A stretch of 34,088 bases of DNA from Thermomicrobiales bacterium (GTDB lineage Bacteria; Chloroflexota; Chloroflexia; Thermomicrobiales; JALYUS01), in assembly GCA_050999735.1 (NCBI GenBank), contig JBPCPB010000011.1, positions 1-34,088 of the forward strand. The letters are read 5' to 3'. Positions 1-7,986 of this stretch are shown piece after piece. How positions within the stretch are numbered: position 1 is the stretch's first letter; each line of letters begins with the position of its first letter. A model generated the notes under the pieces. It was not told the origin of the DNA and did not search any database. It saw only the letters and a program-made list of their open reading frames with translations. The position numbers and the translations under genes were made by a program.

Positions 1-965
1 GCCACAATCGGCGCGGCCATCGCCGGTGCCGTCACCGGCGCCTTCGGCGCCACCACCGCCTGCACGACCGGCGCCGCTGCCTGCGCAACAACCGGGGCAG
101 CCGCCTTCGGCGTCGTCGCTGCATACGCCGTCACCGTGCTCGCCTGCTGCGGGGTGCTGGCATTCACCTCAAACGGGCGGTAGATGCCGCAGCCATTGAG
201 GAAGAAGTTGCCGCAGTTCACCGTCGTCACGGTGTTGTTGGTGACGAGCGGGCCACCATTCTGGCAGAAGTAGCCCCGACCGACGACGAAGGCGACTTTG
301 CCATCGCCGCAGAAGCGGTTGTCGTTGTACGTGAAGACACCACCGCCGACGTTGGTTGCGCCCGCCGGGAACGTGTTCCCGTTGAAGAAGCCACCGTTGA
401 AGCCGTTGAACCCGTTCACGAAGTTCGCGTTGATACCGTTGAACCCGTTCACGAAGTTCCCATTGCCGATGAAGCCGCCACCGAGCGGGCAACCATACAG
501 CCCATTGCAGGTGATGCCATTCGTCGTGCCCGGTGGGATGAAGCCGCCATTGACGAAGTTCGCGCCGATGAAGCCATTGCCGATTACGCCGCCGATCCCG
601 TAGTCCGGGAAGACGGGATAGATGCGCTGCCCGGTCTGGGAATTGACATCAATCAGGTTGCCGCTCGCGTCGGTCACGACCGAGACGAACCCATACCGCG
701 GATCGAAATAGCTGCTCAGCGCCGTGTTCGGCGGATAGCCGGTATTCGTGCCGCACGCCGTGTTGTAGACGCAGCCCCCGTTGCCATACGTCGTCGGCGC
801 GGCTGCACCGACCGATGCGCTTTGCATCAGCGCGAGAACGAGGAGTGCCATGCTTGCCACGCCGAGCACAACCCAGCGCAGGAGCGAACGTGACGCATCA
901 CGCGCCATCGCGACCGATGCGGTGCCTGCCGTCATCGGACAGGCGAGCGAAGAAACGTCATCCAT
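1..965 (-). CDS. Secreted Gly/Asn/Phe-rich low-complexity protein with four Cys pairs and an Ala/Pro/Val-rich tail (3' end runs off the window)
   Basis: My translation; absent from the ORF track because it has no stop in the window. ATG at 965 with GGAGG RBS; open to base 1: MDDVSS...RSLLRWVVLGVASMALLVLALMQSASVGAA (signal-like)...GNGFIGANFVNGGF...NFVNGFNGINANFVNGFNGFNGGFFNG...AAPVVAQAAAPVVQAVVAPKAP. Confidence 0.85.
   Translation of the reverse strand, partial: MDDVSSLACPMTAGTASVAMARDASRSLLRWVVLGVASMALLVLALMQSASVGAAAPTTYGNGGCVYNTACGTNTGYPPNTALSSYFDPRYGFVSVVTDASGNLIDVNSQTGQRIYPVFPDYGIGGVIGNGFIGANFVNGGFIPPGTTNGITCNGLYGCPLGGGFIGNGNFVNGFNGINANFVNGFNGFNGGFFNGNTFPAGATNVGGGVFTYNDNRFCGDGKVAFVVGRGYFCQNGGPLVTNNTVTTVNCGNFFLNGCGIYRPFEVNASTPQQASTVTAYAATTPKAAAPVVAQAAAPVVQAVVAPKAPVTAPAMAAPIV
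403..459. repeat. 24-bp perfect direct repeat with 33-bp period, inside the CDS (encodes NFVNGFNG twice)
   Basis: ccgttgaacccgttcacgaagttc at 403-426 and 436-459. Confidence 0.9.
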
Positions 966-1015
966 GTGAGACCTCCGATGAAACCGAAAATAAGCCCAGT
1001 GGCCTTTGCGTGGCG

Positions 1016-1024
1016 ATTATACCA
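1016..1024 (-). promoter_or_regulatory. Extended -10 promoter for the 1-965 gene
   Basis: TGGTATAAT on the minus strand, about 50 bp upstream of the ATG at 965. Confidence 0.55.
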
Positions 1025-1156
1025 GCCCCCAACCGGAAAATCCATAGCGTTCAAAAAGTCCTAAACGATACGGGGCATCGTCGCTGCCGCATTATCAGAG
1101 TGGTGCGTCGGAATCGGTGAACCCGCGCAACCGAGGATGCTGCAGCAGGCCGACGC

Positions 1157-1590
1157 TCATGACCGGTACCCGTCCGAGGCGAAGGCAAGAGTGAGAAGAA
1201 TAATGAAGGCAGCAGCGACGATGATGAACACGGTATGGATGTACCCGACGATCAATCCAGCGAGCGCCAGACCGTTGCCTCGACTCCATCCTTGCGACCG
1301 CTGGATTTCCCGGCGTGCGATATGGCCGAAGATCACGCCGAGCAGCCGCCGACGAAGGGGATGAGAAACCAACCGGCGATGCTACAGACGAGGCTCGCGA
1401 TCGCGAACCCGGAGGTCGGCGGGACACTCGTCGGCTGCCCATATGTCCGGGCATCGTATCCATAGGGAGGGACGGCATTCCCGTACGGCGGCGTGGCCGC
1501 CTGTGAGGGCAATGACTGGGGGCCGTAGCCCGGGTAGCCCGCGCCGGGAAATGCTGGTTGGCCTGGCGGTGGGTGGTCGGGTGGTTGCAT
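1157..1590 (-). pseudogene. DUF4190-type membrane protein with Pro/Gly/Tyr-rich N-terminus, split by a 1-bp frameshift near 1346 (pseudogene or sequencing error)
   Basis: ORF 1333-1590 ends ...GFAIASLVCSIAGWFLIPFVGG and ORF 1157-1372 continues LLGVIFGHIARREI...GNGLALAGLIVGY; together they form the DUF4190 pattern. Confidence 0.8.
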
Positions 1591-1671
1591 GGCTCACTCC
1601 GTACGAATCCGTCTCACGACAACCGCCGAATCGCAACGGACATCCAACGATCGCGTGACACATCAGCGGCA

Positions 1672-2130
1672 TCACTTTGTCTGGTCGCGCTGCTCCCACA
1701 ATTGTTTCGTCAGTTCGGCATGGCCGAGATGCTCCTGCCCGTGGTCGGCGGTGTGGATGACGTAATGTGCGCGCATCGTCGGTCCACGCTGACTGGGAAG
1801 CATCTCGCTCATGTCCATCGCGTCAAGCCGTGCCAGTTGCTCATCTTTTTTCGCCTTCGCGTCTCTGAGGAGGCCGTGCAGTTCCTCTTTCGTCGCGGGA
1901 TCGTTCCGTAACGAATATTCGTGGTCGTGTTTCAGGGTTTCACCGAGGGTCCGACTGAGCAGCACGTTCTGCACCGCCGTGACATGCCGAACGAGTTGCG
2001 CGACGGAGTTCGTCTCCTCATTGCCGGGCCGCCAGTTGAGCGCGTCTTCCGGCAGCGCGTCCACCACGTTCCCATACCGCTCCGCCTGCCCATCCAGCAT
2101 CCGCTGCACCACGTCAACCATCGGTTTCAT
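1672..2130 (-). CDS. DinB/YfiT-family (DinB_2/DUF664-like) protein
   Basis: LNWRPG..TNSVAQLVRH...HTADHGQEHLGH His pattern; ATG 2130 after an AAGGGG RBS. Confidence 0.85.
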   Translation of the reverse strand: MKPMVDVVQRMLDGQAERYGNVVDALPEDALNWRPGNEETNSVAQLVRHVTAVQNVLLSRTLGETLKHDHEYSLRNDPATKEELHGLLRDAKAKKDEQLARLDAMDMSEMLPSQRGPTMRAHYVIHTADHGQEHLGHAELTKQLWEQRDQTK

Positions 2131-2185
2131 CTGTTTCCCCTTTTCTGCTCCAGAAAGCATACACCTATTCCCTAGACGCATCCCG

Positions 2186-2225
2186 CTCCCCTTCCGCGCG
2201 GGAAGGGGCCGGGGGTTAGGTTCCC
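2186..2225. repeat. Palindromic repeat, family D (CCCCTTCC-n-GGAAGGGGCC.GGGGTT), overlapping the DinB stop codon
   Basis: ctccccttccgcgcgggaaggggccgggggttagg; related copies at 7939-7959 and 17620-17666. Confidence 0.7.
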
Positions 2226-2665
2226 CGCTGCTCCCACATCTGCCGCGTCAGGCAGGCATGGCCGTAATGCTCTTGTGTATGTTCGACTGCATGGATGAGA
2301 CACATCGCGACCGTACGGCGATCGCCGTCCTGACCCACGCGACCATCACCGTAGGTTGTGGGATCAATCGCGCCGAGCGAAGCCGCGACCCGCTCGCTCG
2401 CGCGCCGGATCAGCGCTTCCGCCTCCGCCGCGCCTAACACGACATGGAACTCGGCGGCGCGATCCCGCTCGATCTCGACGCCACTCGCCCGCGCCGTCCA
2501 CCACGGGGCCGATCCCCACGTATGCGCGACGAGCACGGCGATGGAATTCGTGTCTACTCCAGGTCGCCAGTTCATTGCCTCGTCGGAAAGGCCGTTGATG
2601 ACGGCGAGAAACCCCTGTTCCTGCTCGCGGAATTTCTCTAGTGCGGCGGTGCAGATCGGGTCCAT
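2216..2665 (-). CDS. DinB/YfiT-family protein, tandem paralog of 1672-2130
   Basis: MNWRPGVDTNSIAVLVAH...HAVEHTQEHYGH; ATG 2665 with GAGGAG RBS. Confidence 0.85.
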   Translation of the reverse strand: MDPICTAALEKFREQEQGFLAVINGLSDEAMNWRPGVDTNSIAVLVAHTWGSAPWWTARASGVEIERDRAAEFHVVLGAAEAEALIRRASERVAASLGAIDPTTYGDGRVGQDGDRRTVAMCLIHAVEHTQEHYGHACLTRQMWEQRGT

Positions 2666-2790
2666 GCGCACTCTCCTCACTCATCAGCATCTGTCCAGCT
2701 AGGGTAGCAGGTATGTTCGTGTGTGTACATGCCCCGTGGGGAAGCCTTGGTAGCAACGGTGCCGACGCACTATTGTGAATGATCGTCGTC

Positions 2791-3783
2791 TCAGGATACG
2801 AGGCCGCGCCAGGTACCGGCGATCAGATAGGCGGCGGCGAGCAGTGCGTGTTCGCCCCAGCCATCCGCCCAGTGGCGTACCTCATCGGGCGTCATCTTCC
2901 GGCCGAGACCGTACGCGCGGCCCAGCATCGCCTGTACGCCGACATCGCCGACCGGCACGATATGACCGCGCCCCAGCGTCCGGCCGAGTGTCCAGTGCGC
3001 CGTCCACGGGCCGATGCCGCGCACGGAGGTGAGCGCAGCGATGGCATCCGCGTCGCCCAGATGCGAGAGGGCGGCGAGGTCGAGTGCGCCGGACGTGACC
3101 GCCGCCCCGAAGGCGCGTAGCGCCGCCGCCTTCTGCCGCGAGATGAGCAGCGGGCGCACCGCCTCCGGCGCAATCGTCGCGAGGATAGCAGGTGTCGGCA
3201 GCGCGTACCGCGTCGTGCCGCCGACGGTGAGGCGCGGGCCGTATGCCGCGATCAGCCGCGCCTTGCACTGGTACGCAAAAGGGAGCGAAATCTGCTGCGC
3301 GAGAATGTTGACGATCACCTCCTCGACGACATCGCTCTTGCGAAAGAGTCGCAGGCCGGGCAAGGCGCGCGTCAGCGGCCCGATCACTGGATCGTGCGCC
3401 GCGACGGCGAGAAAGGGCGTGATCGCGTCCGCCGCGCCGAGCATTCGCACCACATATCCTGTAAGCCGATCCAACAGAGCGGGTACGACCTGTGTGGGAC
3501 CGGTGAAGGTGAGCAAGAGTCGCGGATCGGTCGGCGGGCCGCCCTGCCGCACCGCGACAGCGACGAATACGCCATCCACGGCGAAAAGGCGGCGATAGGT
3601 CGTGCTATTCCAACGGTTGAGGAGACGGGGAAAGCGGGCAAGCGCGACTGCGGTCAGATCGAGCGCATAGGGCGCGGGCGGCGTCAGCGTCGCTTGCCGT
3701 AGGATGGGCAAAGAGCCACGGTGGGAGAGGTTCTCCCACCCTTCATCGTCGGTGGGAAAACCCGCGTTACCGTCTGTTGCCAT
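2791..3783 (-). CDS. alkA: DNA-3-methyladenine glycosylase II (AlkA family, HhH-GPD)
   Basis: ILAQQIS, LTSVRGIGPWTA HhH motif, PVGDVG; start uncertain, overlaps the upstream gene by 17 bp. Confidence 0.85.
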   Translation of the reverse strand: MATDGNAGFPTDDEGWENLSHRGSLPILRQATLTPPAPYALDLTAVALARFPRLLNRWNSTTYRRLFAVDGVFVAVAVRQGGPPTDPRLLLTFTGPTQVVPALLDRLTGYVVRMLGAADAITPFLAVAAHDPVIGPLTRALPGLRLFRKSDVVEEVIVNILAQQISLPFAYQCKARLIAAYGPRLTVGGTTRYALPTPAILATIAPEAVRPLLISRQKAAALRAFGAAVTSGALDLAALSHLGDADAIAALTSVRGIGPWTAHWTLGRTLGRGHIVPVGDVGVQAMLGRAYGLGRKMTPDEVRHWADGWGEHALLAAAYLIAGTWRGLVS

Positions 3784-5407
3784 ATGTGGCGCCGGCGGAC
3801 GGAGCGGTCTCGCGCCGGTTGAGGCGGGCTTCGATGGCGCGGAGGTCAGGGTGGCGCGGATGGGCGAGCGCGGCGACCGTGAGCATCGAGCGCGCGCTGG
3901 CGCCGTGGCCCGCTTCGATCATCGCTGTCGCGAGGTCCGCATAACCGATGGGCGGCATCTCCCAGAAGCCGGGGATCGCGCCCCATTCGAGTTTGGGACT
4001 GAGCCAGACGGCGTGCTTAAACGCCCGTTGCGCCGCCGTGCGGTTACCGCTACTCGCCTGCCGCACCGCCTGCAGGGCGTATGCCCGCGCCACCTCTCGT
4101 TCGCCCTTCGGCACATGGACGCCCGCTTGCGCCCAGCGGGAGGAGACGGAGGGTGTCGTGGTCCGTGGCGCCATTGGGATAATTGGCATCTGCGTCGTCA
4201 TGGCGAGATGCGGCGGGTCCGCAAGCCCCTTTTGCCACTCCTGCTTCATCTCGGCGAAAGTCCGGCGCACGGCGGCCCGGCGCGCGTAGACGCCGCCGCA
4301 GGCAATCGCCGCCAGCAGTCCAAGCATCGCGATCCGTATCATCAGCGTATTACCGGAACGATGGGTGATCGGCAACGTGATCGTTGTTGTTGCGTGGATA
4401 GTCGCGTGCGGATCGGCGCTGCCGATGCCCGTCAGCGTCAGCTTCTCCCCAGCTGTATCGGTTGGCGGCGTGGCGGGAAGAGCGGTGGCCGACAGGGACA
4501 AGGACATCGTGTCATTGCCGAGGGAGCGTGCGTGCATCATCGTTGCGTGTGGCTGAATCGCGTAGCCATAGGCGAGCAGATGCATCGCGTCGGTCCAGAA
4601 GGCATCGGCGGTCGTGCCGAGTTCGACGCTGAGCATCTGTCGGCCATTTTGCGAGGAGATTTCCACGAGCGTGTAGCCCGCATCGCCCGTCTGGCCCGTT
4701 TTGCCGCCGATCACGGAGGGATAGTGGCCGTCGTAGAGCAGCTTGTTCGTTGTATGGACGGTATGACCGAAGCCATCGTAGGTCACCGTCCCCGCGATGC
4801 GCATCAGGGTCGGATTCGCCGCGAAGGCCGCGCCGATCAGCGCGAGGTCGGCGGCACTCGTCAGGTGGCCGGGTTCATCGAGGCCGTGCGGGTTGACGAA
4901 GTGTGTCTCCTTCGTACCGAGCGTCTTTGCCTTCGCGTTCATCATGTCCACGAAATGCTGCACGCTTTGCGCGGGTGTCGTGTCGCCCGGTTGTGTGCCG
5001 ACGGTGCGGGCAAGCGCGGTTGCGGCGTCGTTGCCGGAGGGAAGCAGCATGCCGTAGAGCAGCGCCTCGACCGTCAGCGTCTCGCCGCTCTCCAGCCCCA
5101 TGCTCGATTCGCCGACGAGGTCGCTCTCCTGAACCGTCACTTTCGTATCGAGCGCCGCGCGATCAGCGACGACGAGCGCGGTCATCATCTTCGTGACGCT
5201 GGCGGGGGCGCGCTGGGCGTGGATGTCGTGCCCCCAGAGGATTGTCCCGCTCGACAGTTCGACGACCACCGCCGCGACCGCCGTCACGTCCGGTTCGGCG
5301 GGCGTCGCCGCGGCGCTTTCGCTCTCCGCACGGACCGTCAAAGGCATGAGGATAAGCGCGACGATTGCCCACCATGCCGCCCAACGCGGCACTGCGCGAT
5401 GACCCAT
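3767..5407 (-). CDS. D-alanyl-D-alanine carboxypeptidase (peptidase S11) with signal peptide, C-terminal TM helix and long cytoplasmic tail
   Basis: PASVTK (SxxK), SGNDAA (SxN), NPHGL and GKTG motifs; likely start ATG 5407 (MGHRAVPRWAAWWAIVALIL) within ORF 3767-5842. Confidence 0.9.
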   Translation of the reverse strand: MGHRAVPRWAAWWAIVALILMPLTVRAESESAAATPAEPDVTAVAAVVVELSSGTILWGHDIHAQRAPASVTKMMTALVVADRAALDTKVTVQESDLVGESSMGLESGETLTVEALLYGMLLPSGNDAATALARTVGTQPGDTTPAQSVQHFVDMMNAKAKTLGTKETHFVNPHGLDEPGHLTSAADLALIGAAFAANPTLMRIAGTVTYDGFGHTVHTTNKLLYDGHYPSVIGGKTGQTGDAGYTLVEISSQNGRQMLSVELGTTADAFWTDAMHLLAYGYAIQPHATMMHARSLGNDTMSLSLSATALPATPPTDTAGEKLTLTGIGSADPHATIHATTTITLPITHRSGNTLMIRIAMLGLLAAIACGGVYARRAAVRRTFAEMKQEWQKGLADPPHLAMTTQMPIIPMAPRTTTPSVSSRWAQAGVHVPKGEREVARAYALQAVRQASSGNRTAAQRAFKHAVWLSPKLEWGAIPGFWEMPPIGYADLATAMIEAGHGASARSMLTVAALAHPRHPDLRAIEARLNRRETAPSAGATYGNRR

Positions 5408-5430
5408 AGACCCCGATATCCTTCCCCTGT

Positions 5431-6576
5431 TCACGTCGCGCCCCGGCCGTGCGCGCGGAGAATCGCAAGGACGCGTTCGACCGGCAAACCCGGCACCCGA
5501 TGGGTATCCCGGCCGGTCATCTCTTGATTGCCGAAAATCGCGTTGATGATCGCCTCCTCGGTCGCCTCGATGACGGCGGCGAAGAGTGACGAAATGAGCG
5601 GACCGTCCTCCGCGATGGCTTCGAGCGTCCGCACCGGACCCGGCGGGCGATGGAAGATGCGGTTCGCAGCGTGCGTGCCGAAGATCAGAGCGATGTCGCC
5701 GCTGGCGTGGCTCGCCGTCGCGCCCGTCCGCCCCAGGCCGAGCGCGGCGCGGCGCGCGAGGCGGCCAAGCTGCCGGGTGGTCGTCGGCGCATCGGTGGCG
5801 AGAACGATGATGATGCTTCCGTCGCCCGATTCCGCCGCCCATTCGCCCCGCGTCGCCGCTAATTCCCGCCCGACCGGCACGCCATCTATCCGCAGGTCAT
5901 CCAACCGCCCCATGTTTGCGAGGACGAGCGCGCCAACAGTGTAGCGCGGATGAGGCGCCGGCAGCACGCGCGACGCCGTGCCAATGCCGCCTTTGACGCC
6001 GAAGGCGACCATCCCCGTTCCCGCGCCAACGCTTCCCTCCGCCACCGGGCCGTCCGCCGCGTCCGCAATCGCACGATGGACATGCTCCGCGCGGACGTGC
6101 CGCCCCTGAAGATCGTTCAGATGGCCGTCGTTGCATTCCAGCACGACCGGGTTGACGCTCGTTGTGCGGATGCCGATGGCAGGCTCGACGGTCAGCATAT
6201 GGTCAATCAGCGCGTCCGCAACGCGGGGGACGTTGAGCGTATTGGTGAGTAGGACCGGCGTCTCGATTGCGCCGAGTTCGTCCACCTGCACGAGGCCGAT
6301 AGACTTCCCGAAGCCGTTAATAATGTGGCTGGCGGCGGGCACATTCTCGCGGAAAAGGTTGCCCGCATGCGGCAGAATCGCCGTGACGCCCGTGCGCGCC
6401 GGTCCCTGACCGGGGATGAGCGCGCCATCGCCGAACGCCACAGTGCAATGCCCAACGCGCACGCCGGGAACATCGGTCAGCGCGTTCCACTGCCCGGTCT
6501 CCATCACGCCAATTGTCACGCCGCGCGCGCGGGCGCGTGCCGGCCCGTGTGCATCGTTTGCTTGCTGGTCCATCAT
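5431..6576 (-). CDS. dmpA: P1/S58-family aminopeptidase (DmpA, L-aminopeptidase/D-esterase)
   Basis: NALTDVPGVRVGH, RTGVTAILP, NGFGK, EGSVGAGTGM, DGSIII autocleavage site, SGDIAL. Confidence 0.9.
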   Translation of the reverse strand: MMDQQANDAHGPARARARGVTIGVMETGQWNALTDVPGVRVGHCTVAFGDGALIPGQGPARTGVTAILPHAGNLFRENVPAASHIINGFGKSIGLVQVDELGAIETPVLLTNTLNVPRVADALIDHMLTVEPAIGIRTTSVNPVVLECNDGHLNDLQGRHVRAEHVHRAIADAADGPVAEGSVGAGTGMVAFGVKGGIGTASRVLPAPHPRYTVGALVLANMGRLDDLRIDGVPVGRELAATRGEWAAESGDGSIIIVLATDAPTTTRQLGRLARRAALGLGRTGATASHASGDIALIFGTHAANRIFHRPPGPVRTLEAIAEDGPLISSLFAAVIEATEEAIINAIFGNQEMTGRDTHRVPGLPVERVLAILRAHGRGAT

Positions 6577-6610
6577 GCATCCTCGCGGTTATGTCTACTC
6601 CGCATCGCAT

Positions 6611-6639
6611 ATCGTACACGAGTGTACGTACATATGCAA
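6611..6639 (-). promoter_or_regulatory. Sigma70-type promoter of dmpA with overlapping palindromes (candidate operator)
   Basis: Minus strand TTGCAT-N17-TACGAT; palindromes CGTACAC-GA-GTGTACG (6613-6628) and TGTACGTACA (6623-6632). Confidence 0.55.
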
Positions 6640-6744
6640 GACGAACAAGCGGTCTTTCGCAATTTTCCGTCTCTGGGAGCCATTTAGGACTGATCCGGAA
6701 ACCTGATGGCGCGGGTGGGTATCTGATGACGTACTACCCGCGGA

Positions 6745-7427
6745 TCATTGCTCGCCGCCTATGGCCGTGTCCGCTTCCTCCAGCGCGTCGGCGACCACTT
6801 CGGCGCCCCGCGCCCGGCCCGTCGTCCAGGCCACCGCCCACGCCGCACCGTCCATTTGTGTCCGCGCGGCGGCAAGCGCCCGCGTGTACAAGGCACACGC
6901 GGGCGGCGGCGAGTTCGAGGGCCAGCGGGAGCCCGTCGAGCCGACGGCAGAGCGCCGCCACGGCGGGGCGTCCGCGTCGGTGACGCGAAAGGACGGGGCA
7001 ACGGCGATCGCGCGCTCCACATAGAGCGCGGGCGCGGCGTACCGGAGCAGCGCGGCGCGATCCGGGGTGTGCGCGACATCGGGCAGCGCCAGCGGCGGCA
7101 GGGGAAATCGGCGCTCCCCCGCGAGGCGCAACGGCGTTCGACTGGTCACGAGGACCCGCAGATGCGGACATCCCACCGTCAGCGCGGCGACGGTCGGCGC
7201 GGCCTCCACGACCTGCTCGAAGTTATCGAGCACCAGCAACAGGCGCAAACCCCGCAGATGCGCGATCAGGCAATCAAGGAGGGGCAGAGTGCTGGACTCC
7301 CGGAGGGCGAGCGCGTCCGCGAGCGTGGGCGCCACCAGGCCGGGATCGCGGAGCGCGGCCAGTGAGACGAAGCGCACGCCGTCGCGGGGAACCGCTCCGC
7401 GAGCGCATCCCCGACCGCGAGCGCCAG
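6745..7427 (-). pseudogene. Remnant of a STAND-type predicted ATPase/TPR regulator (COG3903-like): 5'-truncated, two frameshifts and a large internal deletion
   Basis: Across frames: LALAVGDALAERF / DGVRFVSLA..LLLVLDNFEQV..VLVTSR..L / CRRLDGLPLALELAAARV, then directly the C-terminal ALAAARTQMDGAAWAVAWTTGRA; Walker A is absent. Confidence 0.85.
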
Positions 7428-7429
7428 GA

Positions 7430-7936
7430 CTGGACCTGAAAGCGGGCCAGTATATCCTCGGCTGCTTCATCTCCGGCGACGATCACATCCCGCACGTCGG
7501 CAAGGGTATGGTGTTGCCGCTGACGGTGACCATCCCGGCAGCGACGGTTCCCGCGCCAGCGGTTGTCGGCACGATCACGATGTCCGACTTCACCTTCGAG
7601 ATGCCCACGACGCTACCCGCCGGGAAGAATTTGTATCGCGTGGTCAACCAGGGGCCGCAGATGCACGAGTGGAATCTCATCCAGCTCGCGCCCGGCAAGA
7701 CCGTCGCGGACGTGAAAGCGTTCTTCGATCCCCCGCCATCCGGGCCACCCCCCGGGCCGCCGCCCGGCAAGCCGATTGGCGGGATGAACGGGCTGAGTAA
7801 GAGGCTTGCCGGGATCGCCATGCTGGAACTCAAACCGGGGGAGTACACAGCGATGTGCATCATCCCCGACCAGTCAAACCCGGACCACGCGTCGCACCTC
7901 CACCTCGGCATGATTAAGGGCTTTACCGTCAAGTAA
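7430..7936 (+). pseudogene. 5'-truncated two-domain cupredoxin-like (type 1 copper) protein
   Basis: LDLKAGQYILGCFISGDDHIPHVGKGM and MHEWNL...LKPGEYTAMCIIPD..HLHLGM (two C-xn-H-x4-M motifs); no credible start or signal peptide, abuts the ATPase remnant. Confidence 0.7.
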
Positions 7937-7938
7937 TC

Positions 7939-7986
7939 GGAAAAGGGCCGGGGGATAGGAAGAAGGCCAGCATCTCGGCGGTTCAA
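7939..7986. repeat. Half-copies of repeat families D and A between convergent genes
   Basis: ggaaaagggccgggggatagg (cf. 2201-2220) and ctcggcggttcaa (cf. cttggcggttcaa at 20201-20213). Confidence 0.5.

Noticed and set aside
169-603. Repetitive ORFs 169-492 (-) and 298-603 (+)
   Set aside because: Alternative-frame readings of the real 1-965 minus-strand gene.
2680-2790. LexA/SOS box upstream of the dinB pair
   Set aside because: No convincing GAAC-N4-GTTC; only a half-site is present.
3704-5527. 607-aa plus-strand ORF
   Set aside because: Antisense shadow of the DD-carboxypeptidase; Arg-rich with no motifs, typical of high-GC DNA.
5408-5842. 145-aa N-terminal extension of the S11 peptidase ORF
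   Set aside because: Overlaps dmpA in another frame; the signal peptide begins at ATG 5407.
6745-7427. STAND ATPase as an intact antiphage NLR-like system
   Set aside because: Lacks Walker A and an effector domain, is frameshifted, and resembles the common regulator-type ATPases.
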